From Callorhinchus milii (taxonomy: Eukaryota): a stretch of DNA of 64,000 bases. This document shows, piece after piece, positions 1-14,313 of the stretch. The translations under genes were made by a program, and so were the position numbers. Below the pieces are notes generated by a model. The model had not been told where the DNA came from. It did not search any database and was given only the letters and a program-made list of their open reading frames with translations. The DNA is taken from NCBI RefSeq assembly GCF_018977255.1, contig NW_024704742.1:84384001-84448000 (forward strand). The letters run 5' to 3'. Every line of letters begins with the position of its first letter. Position 1 is the stretch's first letter.

Positions 1-412
1 TAGGCTCAATTGATAGCTCTCTTTCCTCTGAGTCAGAAGGTTATGTGTTCCAGATATGTCTCACATTGAGACTTTGAGCTCAAAGTCGAAGTTGACACTC
101 CAATAGTGTTGGGTGTGCTGCATTATCTGAGGTACCGGCATTCGGATGAGACATTAAACTGAGGCCTTATTTGCCTGTTCAGATGTATGTTAAAGGTCCC
201 ACTATTTGAAAAAGAGCAGGGCCTTTTTCCCAGTGTCCTGGCCAACAAATAAAATTGGCCGTTCACTTCATGGCTGTTTCTGAGACATTGCTGTGCTCAA
301 ACTGGCTTCACCTTAAAAACAAAAGTCATACTTTACAGGAAATCCAATGAAGCACTTTCCGATGTTTCAACAACTTGATAAGACACTATCAATTGCAAGG
401 ATTATTATAATA
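1..412 (+). mobile_element. DeuSINE-like SINE (SacSINE1/AmnSINE1 type), degenerate
   Basis: Head 'ctctgagtcagaaggtt', Deu-domain-like core 'ggatgagacattaaactgaggcc' and tail 'tgcaaggattattat'. Related copies near 7450-7720, 9463-9750, 11540-11900, 40270-40610 and 45300-45670 (-). Confidence 0.65.
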
Positions 413-715
413 AATCTTTCAGAGAGGAAAGAGAGGTCTAGTGAGCAACCATTGAATGTTCTAATCTTTGGCTTTCAACCAGTTAGAAACTCAATGGTGA
501 GAGAATGCCTTCTCAGTAGCCTGCCGCTGTTCTGCACAGTTTATTATATAACTTAAATCGCAGCTGTACCGTTCTGTTGCTGAAATCCTTCCCCATCCCA
601 TGCAAGCTTTGTATTGTCATAATCCAGTCTACACTTTACAGTATATTCTGTGAAGCGCTTTGAGACGTCTCGAAGACGTGATCTTGTTGTTGTTGTATCA
701 GGCGCTATCAAAAAC

Positions 716-2775
716 GCAACTACAACAACAACAACAAGATTCCGTTTATAAAGCGCCTTTCACGTCAGGAGGACGTCCCAAGGCGCTGCACAGTTGGGTC
801 ATGACCCGAGCAGGGGGGAAATGGTCAGGGTGAGGGGAGGGAAGGGAGGGAGCGAGGAGGGGGAAATGGTCAGGGTGAGGGGAGGGAAGGGAGGGAGCCA
901 GGAAGGGGAGAAATGGTCAGCGTGAGGGGAGGGAAGGGAGGGAGCGAGGAGGGGGAAGAGAGTCGAGGGGGGAGCTGAAGGCTCGGTCAAAGAGAAAGGT
1001 TTTGAGACCGGCCTTGAAGGAGGAAAGGGAGGAAGCGGCGAAGGCACTGGGGGATGGAGTTCCAGAGCCTGGGGCTGAGAGGCTGAAGGCCCGACCACCG
1101 ATGGTAGGGCGGTTGGGGCGGGGGACGTGGAGCAGACCGGAGCCAGAGGAACGGAGGGTACGGGCAGGTAGGTAGGGGGATAGTAGGTTGGAGAGGTAGG
1201 AGGGAGCAAGGCCGTGAATGGCCTTGTAGGTGAGGATGAGGATCTTGAAATCAATCCTCTGGGGGATGGGGAGCCAGTGGAGGCGAGCGAGGGTGGGAGT
1301 GATGTGGTCCCGAAGCCTGGTGCGGGACAGTACACGAGCTGCAGAGTTCTGAATGACCTGCAGCTTGTGGAGGGAGGTGGCGGGAAGGCCGGCGAGGAGA
1401 GAGTTCCCATAGTCCAGCCTTGAGGTGACAAAGGCGTGGACCAGGGTTTCAGCAGCGTGAGGGGTGAGGTAGTGCCGTAGTCTGGCGATGTTCCGGAGGT
1501 GATGGAAGGCGGTGCCAGTTGTGGTGCGGATGTGAGGGAGAAAGGACAGCTCAGGGTCGAACAAAACGCCGAGGTTCCTGACTGGCTTTGAGAGGTGGAG
1601 AGTGCAGCCTTGGATGCTGATGGTGTCAGCGCCTGAGGTGCGGAGGCGCTGACGTGAGCCAATCAGGAGGGCCTCGGTTTTTCGCACGTTGAGCTGAAGA
1701 AAGTTGTCTCTCGTCCAGGACTCGATGTCGGACAGGCAGCTGTCAGGACATCGGTGGTCGTGGAGTTGAGAGTAGAGGAGGAAAGGTAGAGTTGGGTGTC
1801 ATCCGCATACATGTGGAAGTTAACCCATGTCTGCGGATGATGTCACCACAGGGGGAGCATATAGAGGGTGAAGAGGAGGGGACCGAGGACAGAGCCCTGA
1901 GGGACACCACATGAGACAGTGCGGGGGGTGGAGGAGAAGCCATTTGTCGAGACAAAGTGAAGACGGTGAGAAAGGTACGACCTAAACCACTCAAGGACAG
2001 TGCCTTGAAGGTTGAGGTGGGAGGACAAGCGGTGGAGTAGGATAGCGTGGTCGACCGTATCGAATGCTGCCGATAGGTCGAGGAGGACGAGGAGGCAGAG
2101 GGAGCCCTGGTCACAGATGGTCAGGATATCATTGGTGACCTTGACCAGGGCAGTTTCTGTGCTATGGGCAGCACGGAAACCTGACTGAAGGGGTTCGAAA
2201 AGAGAATGGGTGGAAAGGAAAGAGCGCAGTTGGGAGGCGACAACTCTTTCCAAGACCTTGGAGAGAAAGGGGAGGTTGGAGATGGGCCGGTAGCTTGATA
2301 GCTGCGACGCATCAAGGGAGGGTTTTTTCAGGGTGGGCGTGATGGTGGCAGTTTTTAAGGGAATGGGGACAGAGCCAGAGGAGAGGGACAGGTTGATGAT
2401 GTCAGTGATATGTGGGGCAAGAAAGTGGAGCTGGGAGATAAGGAGTGGAGTGGGGATGGGGTCAAGGGAGCAGGTGGTTGGTTTTAGGGATAGGATGAGT
2501 TCAGTGACAGAGGGTGGGGAAACGGGTACGAAGGTGTGTAGGGGAGGATGGGTAGGAGTCGGAGTGTGGGAGGGAGGGGGTGGGGGGTGGGTGGATGTTG
2601 GAGGGGAAGTGACCGCGGAGCGAATTCCCTTGATCTTGGATTCAAGGAAATCCAGCATCTCCTCGCAGTGAAGGTTGGAGGAGATGACCTGCGCGGGGTG
2701 GCGGGGGGGACGGAGGAGTCGGGTTGTGGTGGAAAACAGTAGCCTGGGGTTGTTCTTCGCCTCCAGGATTATCCT
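716..2775 (-). mobile_element. L2-clade LINE, 5'-truncated and young; RT region with frameshifts plus 3' tail
   Basis: ORFs 1843-2823 and 917-1687 give RT motifs [44 protein letters not shown], and the L2 C-terminus SRLDYGNSLL/LHWLPI. (TTG)n tail at ~716-737. Confidence 0.93.
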
Positions 2776-3102
2776 ATTATTATTATTACTACTGATGGAT
2801 ACTGTCCCAGTGATATTTTTCATTCCTCCCCTTTTTCTTTTTCTCTCCCCACCCCCACCCCCCCCTCCATCACCATTCCTTGAACACCAAAGGGTATATG
2901 ACAGATGTCTTCGTTAAAAGACAGGGAACGGAAAGAAAATCTATGATGTTACAATTTGACAGTGGCCTACAATGGAAATAGAATTCTGTAATGAAAAATT
3001 ATTGTCCTGTGAATTTATATTGCAAAATATGAGTCTGGTCAGACTCGAGTAATAATTTTTGCTACTTTGTGGCACACGCAAGAAACATCCTCCTGTTTGG
3101 GA

Positions 3103-3438
3103 GTAATCCTGTAGCTCAGTGGTTAGAGCATTCCCAGCAGCACAAAGTGTTGGGCAAGTTTCCTTACTCCACATGCCTCAGTTTACTTAGCAGTAAGTAG
3201 GAACCCGGTTGTTAGTCGATTGCCAGATCGCTTTTCCGGGGATAATAATCCCTAAAAAAAATAATAATTTGGTCACTGAATCCACGACTGTTTGTGGGTC
3301 ATTGCTGTGCGCAATTGGCTGCTGCATTTTGCCCACAAATATACGGTCAATTCACTTTACGGTATATTCTGTGAAGCACTTTGAGGCGTCTAGAAGACGT
3401 GAAAAGCGCTCTATCAATACAAGGATTATTATTATAAT
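3103..3438 (+). mobile_element. tRNA-derived SINE
   Basis: Head 'cctgtagctcagtggttagagca' (A-box), body 'ttgggcaagtttccttactccac', tail 'aagcgctctatcaatacaaggattatt'. Many family copies in the window. Confidence 0.85.
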
Positions 3439-4073
3439 CAATGGCTCCTATTATTAGGAATAGTACATTTTGTTTTGCACTTCCCTACACCAATCATTGG
3501 TCTCAGCCTTTTCCTTTGTGGCACATTATTCAATTCCTGAGATTTCTCAGTGGTTTTGCTAGTTCGTCTCGTTCATTTCCTGGCATTCTTTCATGGCTCT
3601 TGCTCCCAAGAAAAACAAACAAATCTCTTGATGTCAGTCCAGTTGTTTGAATACTTTCATGATTTTTTTTTACCATATTGAAAAACATTACTGAATTAGT
3701 TTGTAGCCTATACTGTTAAAACTAATCCGTACCCTGTTTTAAAACGGAGAAGTTGCATTGTTGTTACAGTTCCATTTTCTCAGGGAATTCTACGTGCGTT
3801 TTATACAACAGTATCTTGATCATGCCCAATAATAGTCACAATACATATAGACAAGATTACATTAGCATAAAGATTGGTGAAAATATCTTATCATAGCAGT
3901 TAGAGCTGGAAAAGGCATAAAGGAAAGTGAGAATAATGAGAACGATACCAGCAAGGTAAGTCATGACGTGGTGGTTCCAGACAGCATTCTGAACTGAGAC
4001 ATTCCTTGACAGCTAGAAGCTTCCAGCATCATTACAACACCAGAAGCTCCACATCTGGAACTAATCTGTAACC

Positions 4074-5100
4074 AACAACAACAAAATTACATTTGTAAAG
4101 CGCCTTTCGTGTCGAGAGGATGTCCCAAGGCGCTGAACAGTCAGGGATCAGGACCCTGGGATGGGATGAGGGAGGGCAGAGAGGTAGGAGGGCGGCTGAG
4201 GGCAAGGTCAAAAATGAGGATTTTCAGTTGTGCCTTGAAGAAGGCGAATGGATTGTGAGTTGGAGTTCCAAAGGGTGGAGGCAGAGAGGCTGAAATCCCG
4301 GGTGCCAATTGTAGGGCGGGTCGCGTAGGAGACATGGAGTAGGCTGGAGCCCGCTGAGCGGAGGGAGCGGGCAGGTTGATAGGGGGTCAGCAGGTCAGAG
4401 ATGTAGGAGGGGGAAAGGCCACGGAGGGCCTTGAAAGTGAGGACAAGGATTCTGAATTCTATCCTATGTGGGATGGGGAGCCAGTGGAGCCGGGCGAGGG
4501 TGGGAGTGGTGGGGGGGTCACAGAGCCTGGTGGGGGAGAGCTGCAGAGTTGTTCTGGATGACCTGCAGCTTGTGGAGGGAAGAGTTGGGAAGGCCGACAA
4601 GGAGGGAGTTTCCCTAGTCGAGCTTGAGGTGACGAAGGCGTGTATGAGGGTTTCAGTCTGAGGGGTGAGGCAGTGGCACAGTCGGGCAATGTTGCAGAGG
4701 TGGGGTAAGGCAGAGCAGGTCATAGCACGGATATGGGGAAAAAAGGACAGTTGAGGATCAAACAAGACCCCCGGGTTCCTGACTGGCCGGTGAGGTGGAG
4801 TGTGCAATCGTGGATGCTGATGCTGCCAGTGCCTGAGGTGCGGAGGCTCTGGCGAGAGCCAATCAGGAGAGCCTCGGCCTTGCTGACATTTAGCTGTACA
4901 AAGTTGGCTCTCATCCAGGACTTGATGTCAGACAGAGATTCTGTCAGGACCTCAGTTGTCCTGGAATCAAGGGTGGAGGCAGAGGTAGAGTTGGGTGTCA
5001 TCCGCATACGTGTGGAAGTTGACTCCATGTCTGATGTCACCAAGAGGGAGCATGTATAGGTTGAAGAGGAGGGGACCGAGGACATTGCCCTGAGAAACAG
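4074..5100 (-). mobile_element. L2-clade LINE 3' fragment, older
   Basis: ORF 4208-4807 is homologous to the L2 C-terminus (RNPGVLFDPQLSF, LARLHWLPI); tail at ~4074-4090. Confidence 0.88.
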
Positions 5101-7733
5101 CATACCAGACTGTGGGGGGGGTGGGGGACTGAGACAGTTAGAGATTACTACCAGTAGTATTTAAGAAAGGATCCATGTTTTTCCTGATTCAACTGGTGAG
5201 GATAAATATGTCTTTTAAATAGGGCATATTCCAGAGTATAGATGCCCCAATACATGCTATGCATATCAAGTCTTCTGTCCGTCATCACAGAATTGGATAG
5301 GGTAAAAGAGCCTGCCCACAGCTATGCAGAGGTTATTTCTAGCAAACATAATAAGTGCTGGTTGGGTTCAAAGGAAAAGCTGGGCCTTTGTTGTTAAGCC
5401 ACAGGACCTTATGCCAAGTTGACTGCTTTTTCAATATGTTTTCAAATTGTGCACTTACCAATGAATACAAAATTACCATACTAGCCTTGTGCTGCATTGG
5501 AGGAATTTTTACTTTTAAATTGAGATTTTATAATATATACGTAGGAATTTGTTTTGTTCTCGTTTTCTGGGTTAAAAAATACAGGAGTTTCATGTCAATT
5601 TTTTTGGGGTAGCGGAAATGCATCTTAACGTTGTGGTAAACATGGTGGGCGGGGGTGGCAGACTGACTCTTGGATTGTAGCCAACCAGCAGACATATAGC
5701 TGGGTCAGTAAGGATTATGGGGCCAGTTATGGTCTTTCTTGGCTGCTGAGAATAGATGTGAAACCACAACTGGAACGTGTGGGAGTCTGTACTGGTTATA
5801 GCCATTTAAGCAGTTACACATGTGAAATTTATCGAGTTTGTTTGGTCGGAGTATGGTTGGTTCTTGATTGGCCCTTGTGCATTCTGGTGCACAGGATGGT
5901 GGAGCTTTCATTTTAAATGGGATTGTTTTAACCCACTGAAGAAGGTGAACATTACCTTTTTGTTACTCATAGAATCAAAGAATTATACAGCACAAAAGGA
6001 GGCCATTTGGCCCACTGTGTCTGTGCCATCTCTTTGAAAAGAGCTACCCCAATCAATCCCTCTCCCCCTGCACTCTCCCCGTAGCCTTGCAAACTTGTTC
6101 TCCCTTGTTTAACAAACTGTTTAACTTCTTTAGTTTCTGAATTGATTAGCCATACTTGAAGGATGTGTTTTCAGTTGTGCTCTTTTGAACCTTTAACATT
6201 TGAATTTTGATAGTTTAAAATGTATGACTTTTTCCTCCATCTTTCTTCTGCAAAGTATTTGTCAGAGCAGTTTGCAATTGCATTTCTATTTCCTTTATTT
6301 CCTCTGAGTCTTGCACTCTTCGGTTAACACAAGACATATTATGATACATAATAATCGACCAGATTTGCACCCTGAGTGGGTAGAATGTATATCTGAAAGT
6401 CTCCAACATGAAATAGAAACATCCAGTTTCTTCTCCAGTTTTCTCTTGCGCTTTTTCAGACATATCCTCCTCGCTCCCTCCTTTCCCTCCCCTCCCCTGA
6501 CCATTTCGCCCCTGCTCGGGTCCCGACCCAACTGTCCAGTGCCTTGGGACGTCCTCCTGACGTGAAAGGCGCTATATAAATGCAATCTTGTTGTTGTTGT
6601 TTAAACAATTATTTCAATGCTTTCTATGTTATTCCACTATCCAAATGTAATTAAAATATAGTGGACTTGCAGATGTTGGGTTTCCTTATCCTGGATGAAA
6701 AAATAGATATTATACTGTAAATGTAATACTTTAAGCCTGAATTCAGATTTTTTTTGAAGGGTTAGGCTCATCTCCCTTTCTTTAAATTAGATTCACATCC
6801 AGCACTTTGAGTACCATATTAGTTAATGTGTAAATCTTCAGCCTTATTCATGGTCTCCTGCTGGACACTTGTCAAAATGTATCTTGTTTGCCAATGGTGA
6901 CTAATTTACCTGTAATTCTTAATTGACTCTTCTCTCAATTATGTGAATAGGGTGGGGGTCATGGACTCTCAAAATGGCTATTTAAGTTGTAGTCTTTGAG
7001 CACTGCCGCACTTTCTTTGCAAATTAAGCACACAGGTTTTCCACCCACACTGGTAAAAAAAATTTAGAAGTCCATTCTTTGTTGAATATTCGACCTTCAG
7101 GGTCCACTTTCCGTTTCTTTGATAAACTCATTTCGAACTAACGTCCTCTTCATTGAAAAGTATTGCCGCAGTTGCCGCTGAAAAGTATTGCCCTGGTTGC
7201 CACACGCACATGTTTGAAAATTTGGCGATCTGTCCATTTCTGACATCAGCCGGATTCAACACTGAAGGGAGCGCACACTGAGCAGTGTGATTGGCTGATG
7301 TTCCCGGTCAGATTCAAATGCAAAATTTGTGAGACTTTTTTGGGACTGAACAAACTATAATTTTTTTCTATTGCTAGACACAATGACGGGACGGACAGAA
7401 TCATTTGGCGGGCAGGATATGGCCCCCGGGCGTCTTTTGCCCAACCGTGGTCTCGGCTGAGACTTCAATGCAATGTTTGAGAAGTGCAGTTTTATGGGAG
7501 TGCAGTCCTTCAGATGAGAGACTATTTGGGTGGATGCCCTTGACACTGATCAAAACGTGAAGGGAATTTCTCCCTCTGGCCAACAATTCTCCAGATAAAT
7601 TGGTCATTCACTTCATGTTCAACCTTGCTGTGTGAGAATTGACTGCTGTTTGTCTACAAATATGAACTTGTGACAACAATTCGCAATTAAATGTTTTGAG
7701 GTGATATATACGCTATATTAACTGGAAAGATTA

Positions 7734-7959
7734 CAGTAGAACCCAGTTATATGGGGGAAGTTAAGCTCCACAAAATCCTAATCAATCTTGTCTGATCAGT
7801 GGTCACCACTTCCACATGATGTTAGACAGGACTTGCGACATTATAACAGTGTGCATAGCAAGCCAAACAGTCTGTGCCAAGCAAACTATGGGGCCATAGC
7901 ACATCCACACTATAAGTGATCCATCATTCTAAAGAGGGCCTTATAACTGGGTTCTAATG
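7734..7959. mobile_element. MITE of Tc1/mariner (pogo/Tigger) type
   Basis: 18-bp terminal inverted repeats CAGTAGAACCCAGTTATA (7734-7751) and TATAACTGGGTTCTAATG (7942-7959), one mismatch, each flanked by TA. Confidence 0.8.
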
Positions 7960-8087
7960 TATTATAACAATAGTGAAGGTTGTAAAATGAATTAGGTGTT
8001 TATAGTATCTTGTCCAAATTTTTAAATACAGTTCCAAGAGTAAGTCCTTAAAACTTCAACAAACTATCCTTTTTTTCCTTCACGTAG

Positions 8088-8195
8088 AGGCAGTCCACGA
8101 GTAAAAATGACAGCAGGATACAAGGAGGAACAATGTGCCCCATCCCTAAGTCTAGAGATGAAGAAAGTGCTGGATTTTCAAGTGCAAATCACAAG
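8088..8195 (+). CDS. RIC1: RIC1 coding exon (first in window; ~human exon 4)
   Basis: cacgtag|A...AG|gtaat; encodes GSPRVKMTAGYKEEQCAPSLSLEMKKVLDFQVQIT, matching RIC1 KEEQCAPAL.LEM.K.LD. Confidence 0.9.
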
Positions 8196-9059
8196 GTAAT
8201 CCTTGCACCATTTTCTGTCTTGTATGTTGCATATGGCTTTGTAAATATATGAAGCAGTTTATTCCAACCTGGACTTCTGCCCTTGTATCTTGTTTGGTAG
8301 TTTGATTATAGGCATTAAAAGGTTGTACTACTGATTTATGTAGTAAATGTAAACCATGGCATGCCACCACATCCCAACTGACATCTTTGACCTACCCCTA
8401 CCATGGGGAATTATACCTTCACCGTTCAAAGGGACTGTCATCGCCACTTTGACTTTTTTCCCGGTTCAATTTTCTATCTGCCATTTCTAAAACATTGGAA
8501 ATGACCAATACTGCCTAACTATTTTTGCCATTCCTTGTCCAAGACCATCCAGTTCAGCTTTCGACTTACCCAGAGCATTGAGACTGCCTTGGTTAAAGTA
8601 CTAGGTTATCAAGTAGCAGATGAGCCTATGCTGTCTTCAGTTAAATACAAACAAAACCCTTTCTCTATTCTGTCTTCCTTATGCTCTAATCATCTCCATA
8701 ATAACACTGAACCCCCAATAGACCACCCTTTATATCCCTGTCCTAACCTTCAATTCCTTTCATCATCTTATCCTCTTCCCACTTAAGGCAATTTCTTTCA
8801 ACCTGTACCCTTCACTCTTCAATTCTTATTTATTGCTCATTCCTCACTCCCTCCATCATAGACTCTTAATCTAAATACAAGTATTTGAATTGTGATATGT
8901 TATATATTTTTAATTTTTGCCATTACTACAACTGAAACTAAATGTTCTCTCTTTTTGATGGTAAGGGCTCTGAGATGCCTCCCTGGGTGGAGGGCGCTAT
9001 ATAAGTACAAGTTGTTGTTTTTTTGTGGTAATAACCGTCAAATTTTCTCTCTTTCTCAG

Positions 9060-9202
9060 TTTGCAGTCTATGCAAGATGACTTAGTAATTGCTACTAATG
9101 ATGGGATACTCCATCTTATTCACTGGGATGGTCTGACGAATGGAAGGAAAGCCATCAACCTTTGTACCATTCCCTTCTCTGTAGATTTACAGTCTTCAAG
9201 AA
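9060..9202 (+). CDS. RIC1: RIC1 coding exon (~5)
   Basis: tctcag|T...A|gtaagt; [47 protein letters not shown]. Confidence 0.95.
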
Positions 9203-12200
9203 GTAAGTTCTTATAAAGTTAATCGATCTGAACTTTTGCTGATTTCAGTTTGTAAAGATATTGATCTTTACCATATACTTTAGGGATGTTACGATTGCAA
9301 ATAATAATCTTGCTTGTGATATAGTGCCTTATTGTGTCCGGTTGAGATATCTCAAAGTGCTTCACGGGATCTGCTGTAAAGTGATGAGTGTGTTTTGTGG
9401 GTGGAAATGATAGCTGAATGGTGGAAGTAAATTTCCAGTAGATTAATTGTTTTTAAATGTGCTTTGGATGAGACGTTAAAACAAGGTCGCATCTGCCTGT
9501 TCAGGTGGATATTAAAGACCACATGGCACTATTCCATAAAGAGAAGCGATTTTATCCCAGTGTCCCGACCAACAATCCCCCAAATAAAATTGGTCATTCA
9601 TTTCATGGCTTTTTGTGGGATAATGCTAGGTACAAACTGCCACCACACATTCGCCTACAAAATAGTCACAACATTTTACAGTATATCCTCTGAACTCCTT
9701 TGAGACATCTGCTCGACATGAAAGGCACTATATTAAATGCAATTATTATTATAAATATCTAATTCTGATTGTTGGTTGATGTTTCTCAGTCCTGGCTTAG
9801 TGTGAGAGGAGTTTCCATATTGAATATATGGATAAAAATGTTAAACCCTGTAAGATTGTATTATAGAACAAATAATCTATCATCATAACTTGGCCATAAC
9901 AAAATATATCTGATGGTCTCAGAATTAACTTTAATTTTAAAAAACATTTTAAAATTATGCTTGAAAGGTTCCTCACAAATGAACAATTCTTTTCAGCATC
10001 TAAATACCTTGTCTCCATTGCAAAATGTATGCTGAGACCATGATATTGATGACCAGAATCCTGTGATCACAAAAGTAATTAGATGAGATGCCCATTGAGC
10101 AATCTGAAATTTGGCTGAGGTTTCCTTTCTTCTGATGGCCAGTTTTCAGAAGTGTGTTTTCAAATGCTATTGCCTCCTAAGTGGGGTACCGGCCTAGTTT
10201 TGTTGAGCCATGTTAAGGTGGGAGGCTGGAACTTTTTTAAAAAAAGTTTACTTTCATCACCCTCTGCTATGGTTTTGTGTTGGTTAGTGTGGTTCAGTGG
10301 AACTAACTGAGCGGGAGGAGGTATCAGTGGATTTTGTTACTCTGTGGCCTAACTCCAGTAGTTGCCAGATGTCGAGTGTTCTGTAATAAAAGCAGATTTG
10401 ATGACACCTGGCATTTTGGACTTTCTGCAGAGTTTTTGTGCAGAGTGGGGGCGTGGGAGAGGGATGTTGGCTGTGAGATTGGGAAATTAATGGAAGAATT
10501 AACACTTGTCTTTCTGCAGACCCTATGCAAGTTCTATTTTGCTTGAATTGGGAAGGTACTGAAATTAAACCAGACGTGCACATGCATGTGTGCGTATGCT
10601 GTATTTGGCACAAGTGTCGCATTCCTTTGGCTGAACATTGTTCATGCACTCCTTTCATTTATGGAATGCTGCTATTGAATCTGGGTTTTCATAAGTCCAG
10701 GAAAACAGATTGTGTTAGATGTAGATGAATGCTCAAGTAGTGCACACTGTGATAATCAATCCAAATCTACCATATAATGTGCTTTCTTTGTGCTTCATTC
10801 AATGGTTTAATTTCAGGAATGTGGAGATTGGACTTTAGGAGTGTGATTCAGAAACTAGAAACATTGCTTAACTAGACTTTTTGATCTTATGTGGAACCGT
10901 TCAAAGCTGATGGTTCAGTGATTAATTTGAATAGTGTTTCTATGAATAATAGGTTATTTTTCAAATGCTTCACAAAATAAGTGAATTGAATATTGGTTAT
11001 TCAAATTTTTTTGTATTGAAGTACTACAAAATTATCTGAATTTACAGCATGTATGTCTTCCATGTTATTTAAATGTCAATCAAATGACAGATAATGTTGA
11101 CATGCATACTGTTATTACACCAAAATATTAAATTTTTTACCTTTCGTATTCACCCCAACTAAATTTTGTATAGGCTGCTGTCTCTTAGTGTTGTAGTGCT
11201 AGTACACTAAAATTTTCAGAAGCAAGACGATGAGAACATAGGCGTGAAGCTCATTTAAATAGTTTGGCTGGCTTTGTTTAAGCTGTTGAGGATTTGTGAC
11301 TCTTTGATGAATTATTCCCCCTTTGACTGTTTCACCTGAATTGATCTTTACTGTGAGATGGTGGCCTGTTTCATAAGTAGAGTTTATTGCTTCCTAAGCC
11401 TAATCATGTCCTTTGAGTCTTTTGATTTTTTTTGAGTAAAATATTTCTATATACAATGAATCTGCATTATTTTAAAACCTTAAAGAGTATGGTTCCCTCC
11501 CAGCTTCCATTTTTTTCCACTTGGATTGTGTGTTATCTTTGACTCAGTTGGTGGAACTCCTGTCCCTATGTCAGCAGGTTGTAGATTCAAGCCTCATGTC
11601 AGGGCTATAAACTCAGTCTAGATGACACTCCAGTGCAGTCCTAGGGGAATGCTGAATTGACAGAGTTGCCATCCTTTTGATGAAATGTTCAGATGAGGTT
11701 CTGTCTGCCTGATCAGGTAGGCATTCTAGATCCCATGGCACTATCAGAATAATGTAGAGTTTCTCCTAGGTTCCTTGCAACACTCCTCCAGGTAAAATCG
11801 CTCATCCACTTCATGACTGTTTATGGGATACTGCTATATGCAGATTGCTTCCTTAGCTTACCTACAAATAGTACCATTCCTTTGTAGCAATTACAGCAAA
11901 ATGATTTGAGACACTGCACTACATATTTACTACTATATATTTTTTAAGAATTGAAAAATTGAAATGAGTAATTGTTCTCATTGGATCTCTGAATCCTTGT
12001 CACTCAATGTTAGCGCCAAACTGATGTTCATATCTATGCTTTCTAGTGCTTTATAAAGAAAAAATATATGAAAGAAATGGAAATAAATGGATAGCTTTTT
12101 CAGAAAACCGTCACAGGCATGATGGGCTAAATGGCCTGCTCTGCTCTGTAATGTTCGATGATTCTCTGTGCCTCTAGTTACCATACAGTGTTGCTCCTAT

Positions 12201-12519
12201 TGGTAGCCTGAATTTTGGCAGTAGCTTTTTTTTNCCTGAGCACAAGCAGCCTGGGTACTCCTGAAAGAACTAGTTTACTTTCATCTGTGGTAAGGAAACC
12301 CAAATGTGTTGATGTGAATATTGGTCATTTTGTGGCTTCACTCATTCATTAAAGGGCATAAAGTGTATAAGCACTACATATTAACGTGTCTGATGCTCAT
12401 GTCCAATTATCTTCAAGATGGAAGATATATTAAATAATAAAAGCTTTCATGAGCAGAGTACAATTGTAACCGTATGTAATGTAACCGCTAAAAGATAACT
12501 GTTCTTGTTTTGCTAACAG

Positions 12520-12653
12520 GCCCCTTGTTGGATTTTGAATGTGTGCATATCCGAGGTATGGAATACGCTGCCACTCTTGACGGGTTTGCTGTGGTTTTTG
12601 ATGATGGTCGGATTGGCTTCATCACTCCCATGTCCAGCAAATTGAGAAATGAG
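12520..12653 (+). CDS. RIC1: RIC1 coding exon (~6)
   Basis: ctaacag|GC...GAG|gtattg; [44 protein letters not shown]; phases fit neighbours. Confidence 0.92.
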
Positions 12654-13909
12654 GTATTGCTTTGTTTGTTGCATTTGTTTTTGCATGTTGTTATGAATCA
12701 TTTTAATACTACAGCTTATGACAATAAAGGTTCAGTGAATGTGCAATCTGCTCTGTTTGTTGAATGATGGCATCACAATATTGCGGCGGTTACAATTGCA
12801 TTATAGTTTTAGGAATAGTTCATCTTTGCTATTTATTTTAAGTATAAACTTTTCTTTATATATCATCCCTGAATGAGAGGACGGACAGCCTGCTCTCAGC
12901 CTCCTACCAATATTGTTCTATATGAATGCAAGTTGTTGTTGTTCTGTGCTCAGTTACTTATAGGTGCACAACAGTGGGAGTGACAGACTAGGGAGATGCT
13001 CCTTACCTGGTAGAAGCATGTTGACCTCTGCTGTACATCACCACACAGTGGCATTGCTAAGTAAATGTATGTATGGGGATCACTGGCACAGACCTAAGTT
13101 CTACCACTCCATGTTGTAGTGTGTTGGTGCACTGTGTAACTCTCACATCTCAGTTTTTCACTTCACTGTGAGAGATGTGAGAAAGGAAAGAGCTTTGGAG
13201 TCGAGTCTTGTTGGGTTAGAGTGTACCAAGCTTCACGTATGCAACCATAGATTGGAGTGTTTGCTGATATAAGTGGATGGTTTTAGTTTTCTGAGCACAA
13301 AACACCCCACCAAAAATACCAAACTAATTTGAATGGATTATGAAGTGATGCATATCATAGTAGCTGCTATTGACCGAGTTTTTCATGAGGGTATTTTGGA
13401 AATGGCGGATAATTTCTTCAAAGTATATTACAAATAAGGTATGGTTTAAAGTTGCATTATGTTATTAAGCATGTGTAGAATCAAAATAGTCCAGATAAAA
13501 CAGAATTTTGTGAGAGACACTTGGTTAAGGGAAAGCAGTCAGGGTATCAAAGCTTTGTGAATGTGAAAGCAGGTTAGTAAATGTTTTTGAGTAACTTTCA
13601 GAGTAAGGTGAAAATTTCTATGTTGCAGAAAAAAAACTCTGAACCAGTCATTACTTTAGTAATGAGAACAACTCACTATTCAGACCACTTCCCCCCACCA
13701 CCTATTTGAAACTGTTTGCCAGAATTCAAACCCACAAATGAGAACACTTCCTTTAAAAAATGTCCTTCATTTAAAAAGTGTGTTCATTGTTGACTGCCTC
13801 CAATTGTAAGTTTATATTGGTGGAAGAAACTACTTGTTTGATTAGACCTAGCTAAGAGCCTATTTGTTAGATCTGTCTACCTCATGCTAAATTGTTTTTT
13901 ACTCTTCAG

Positions 13910-14001
13910 GATTTGCATGGTGTCTGGGCACAGGACATTACTGATGGTACATGTGTGGCAGTAAACAGCAAGTACAGGTTAATGGCATTTGGGTGTGCAA
14001 A
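13910..14001 (+). CDS. RIC1: RIC1 coding exon (~7)
   Basis: cttcag|GAT...AA|gtaagt; [30 protein letters not shown]. Confidence 0.95.
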
Positions 14002-14224
14002 GTAAGTGAGCCCTATTCTGTTGGTAACTTAAGTTTCAATTTTGTGTAAACATCAGGTCACAATTGTTTATGAATTACATCTCAATGTAAATTTTAGATA
14101 GTCTATTTCTGACTTTTTACCATAAATGGCAATTAATTGTACATATTTTGTTTGCAATAAGCTGTTCAATACTGAAAATGTCTTAACATTTTTAAAACCC
14201 GGTTTTGTTTAATACTTTCCACAG

Positions 14225-14313
14225 TGGTTCTGTTTTGGTTTATACAATGGATACAACTACAGGAGCGATGCAGATATCCCACAAATTAGAATTGACTCCA
14301 AAGCATTATCCTG
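14225..14313 (+). CDS. RIC1: RIC1 coding exon (~8)
   Basis: ccacag|T...G|gtaagg; [29 protein letters not shown]. Confidence 0.95.

Noticed and set aside
799..1662. Long Pro/Ser-rich ORFs here and at 17365, 28697-29470 and 41968
   Set aside because: Alternative frames of C-rich L2 sequence.
12515..12519. Non-canonical acceptor if the exon had the recalled human length
   Set aside because: The canonical AG at 12518-12519 keeps the frame with one codon fewer.
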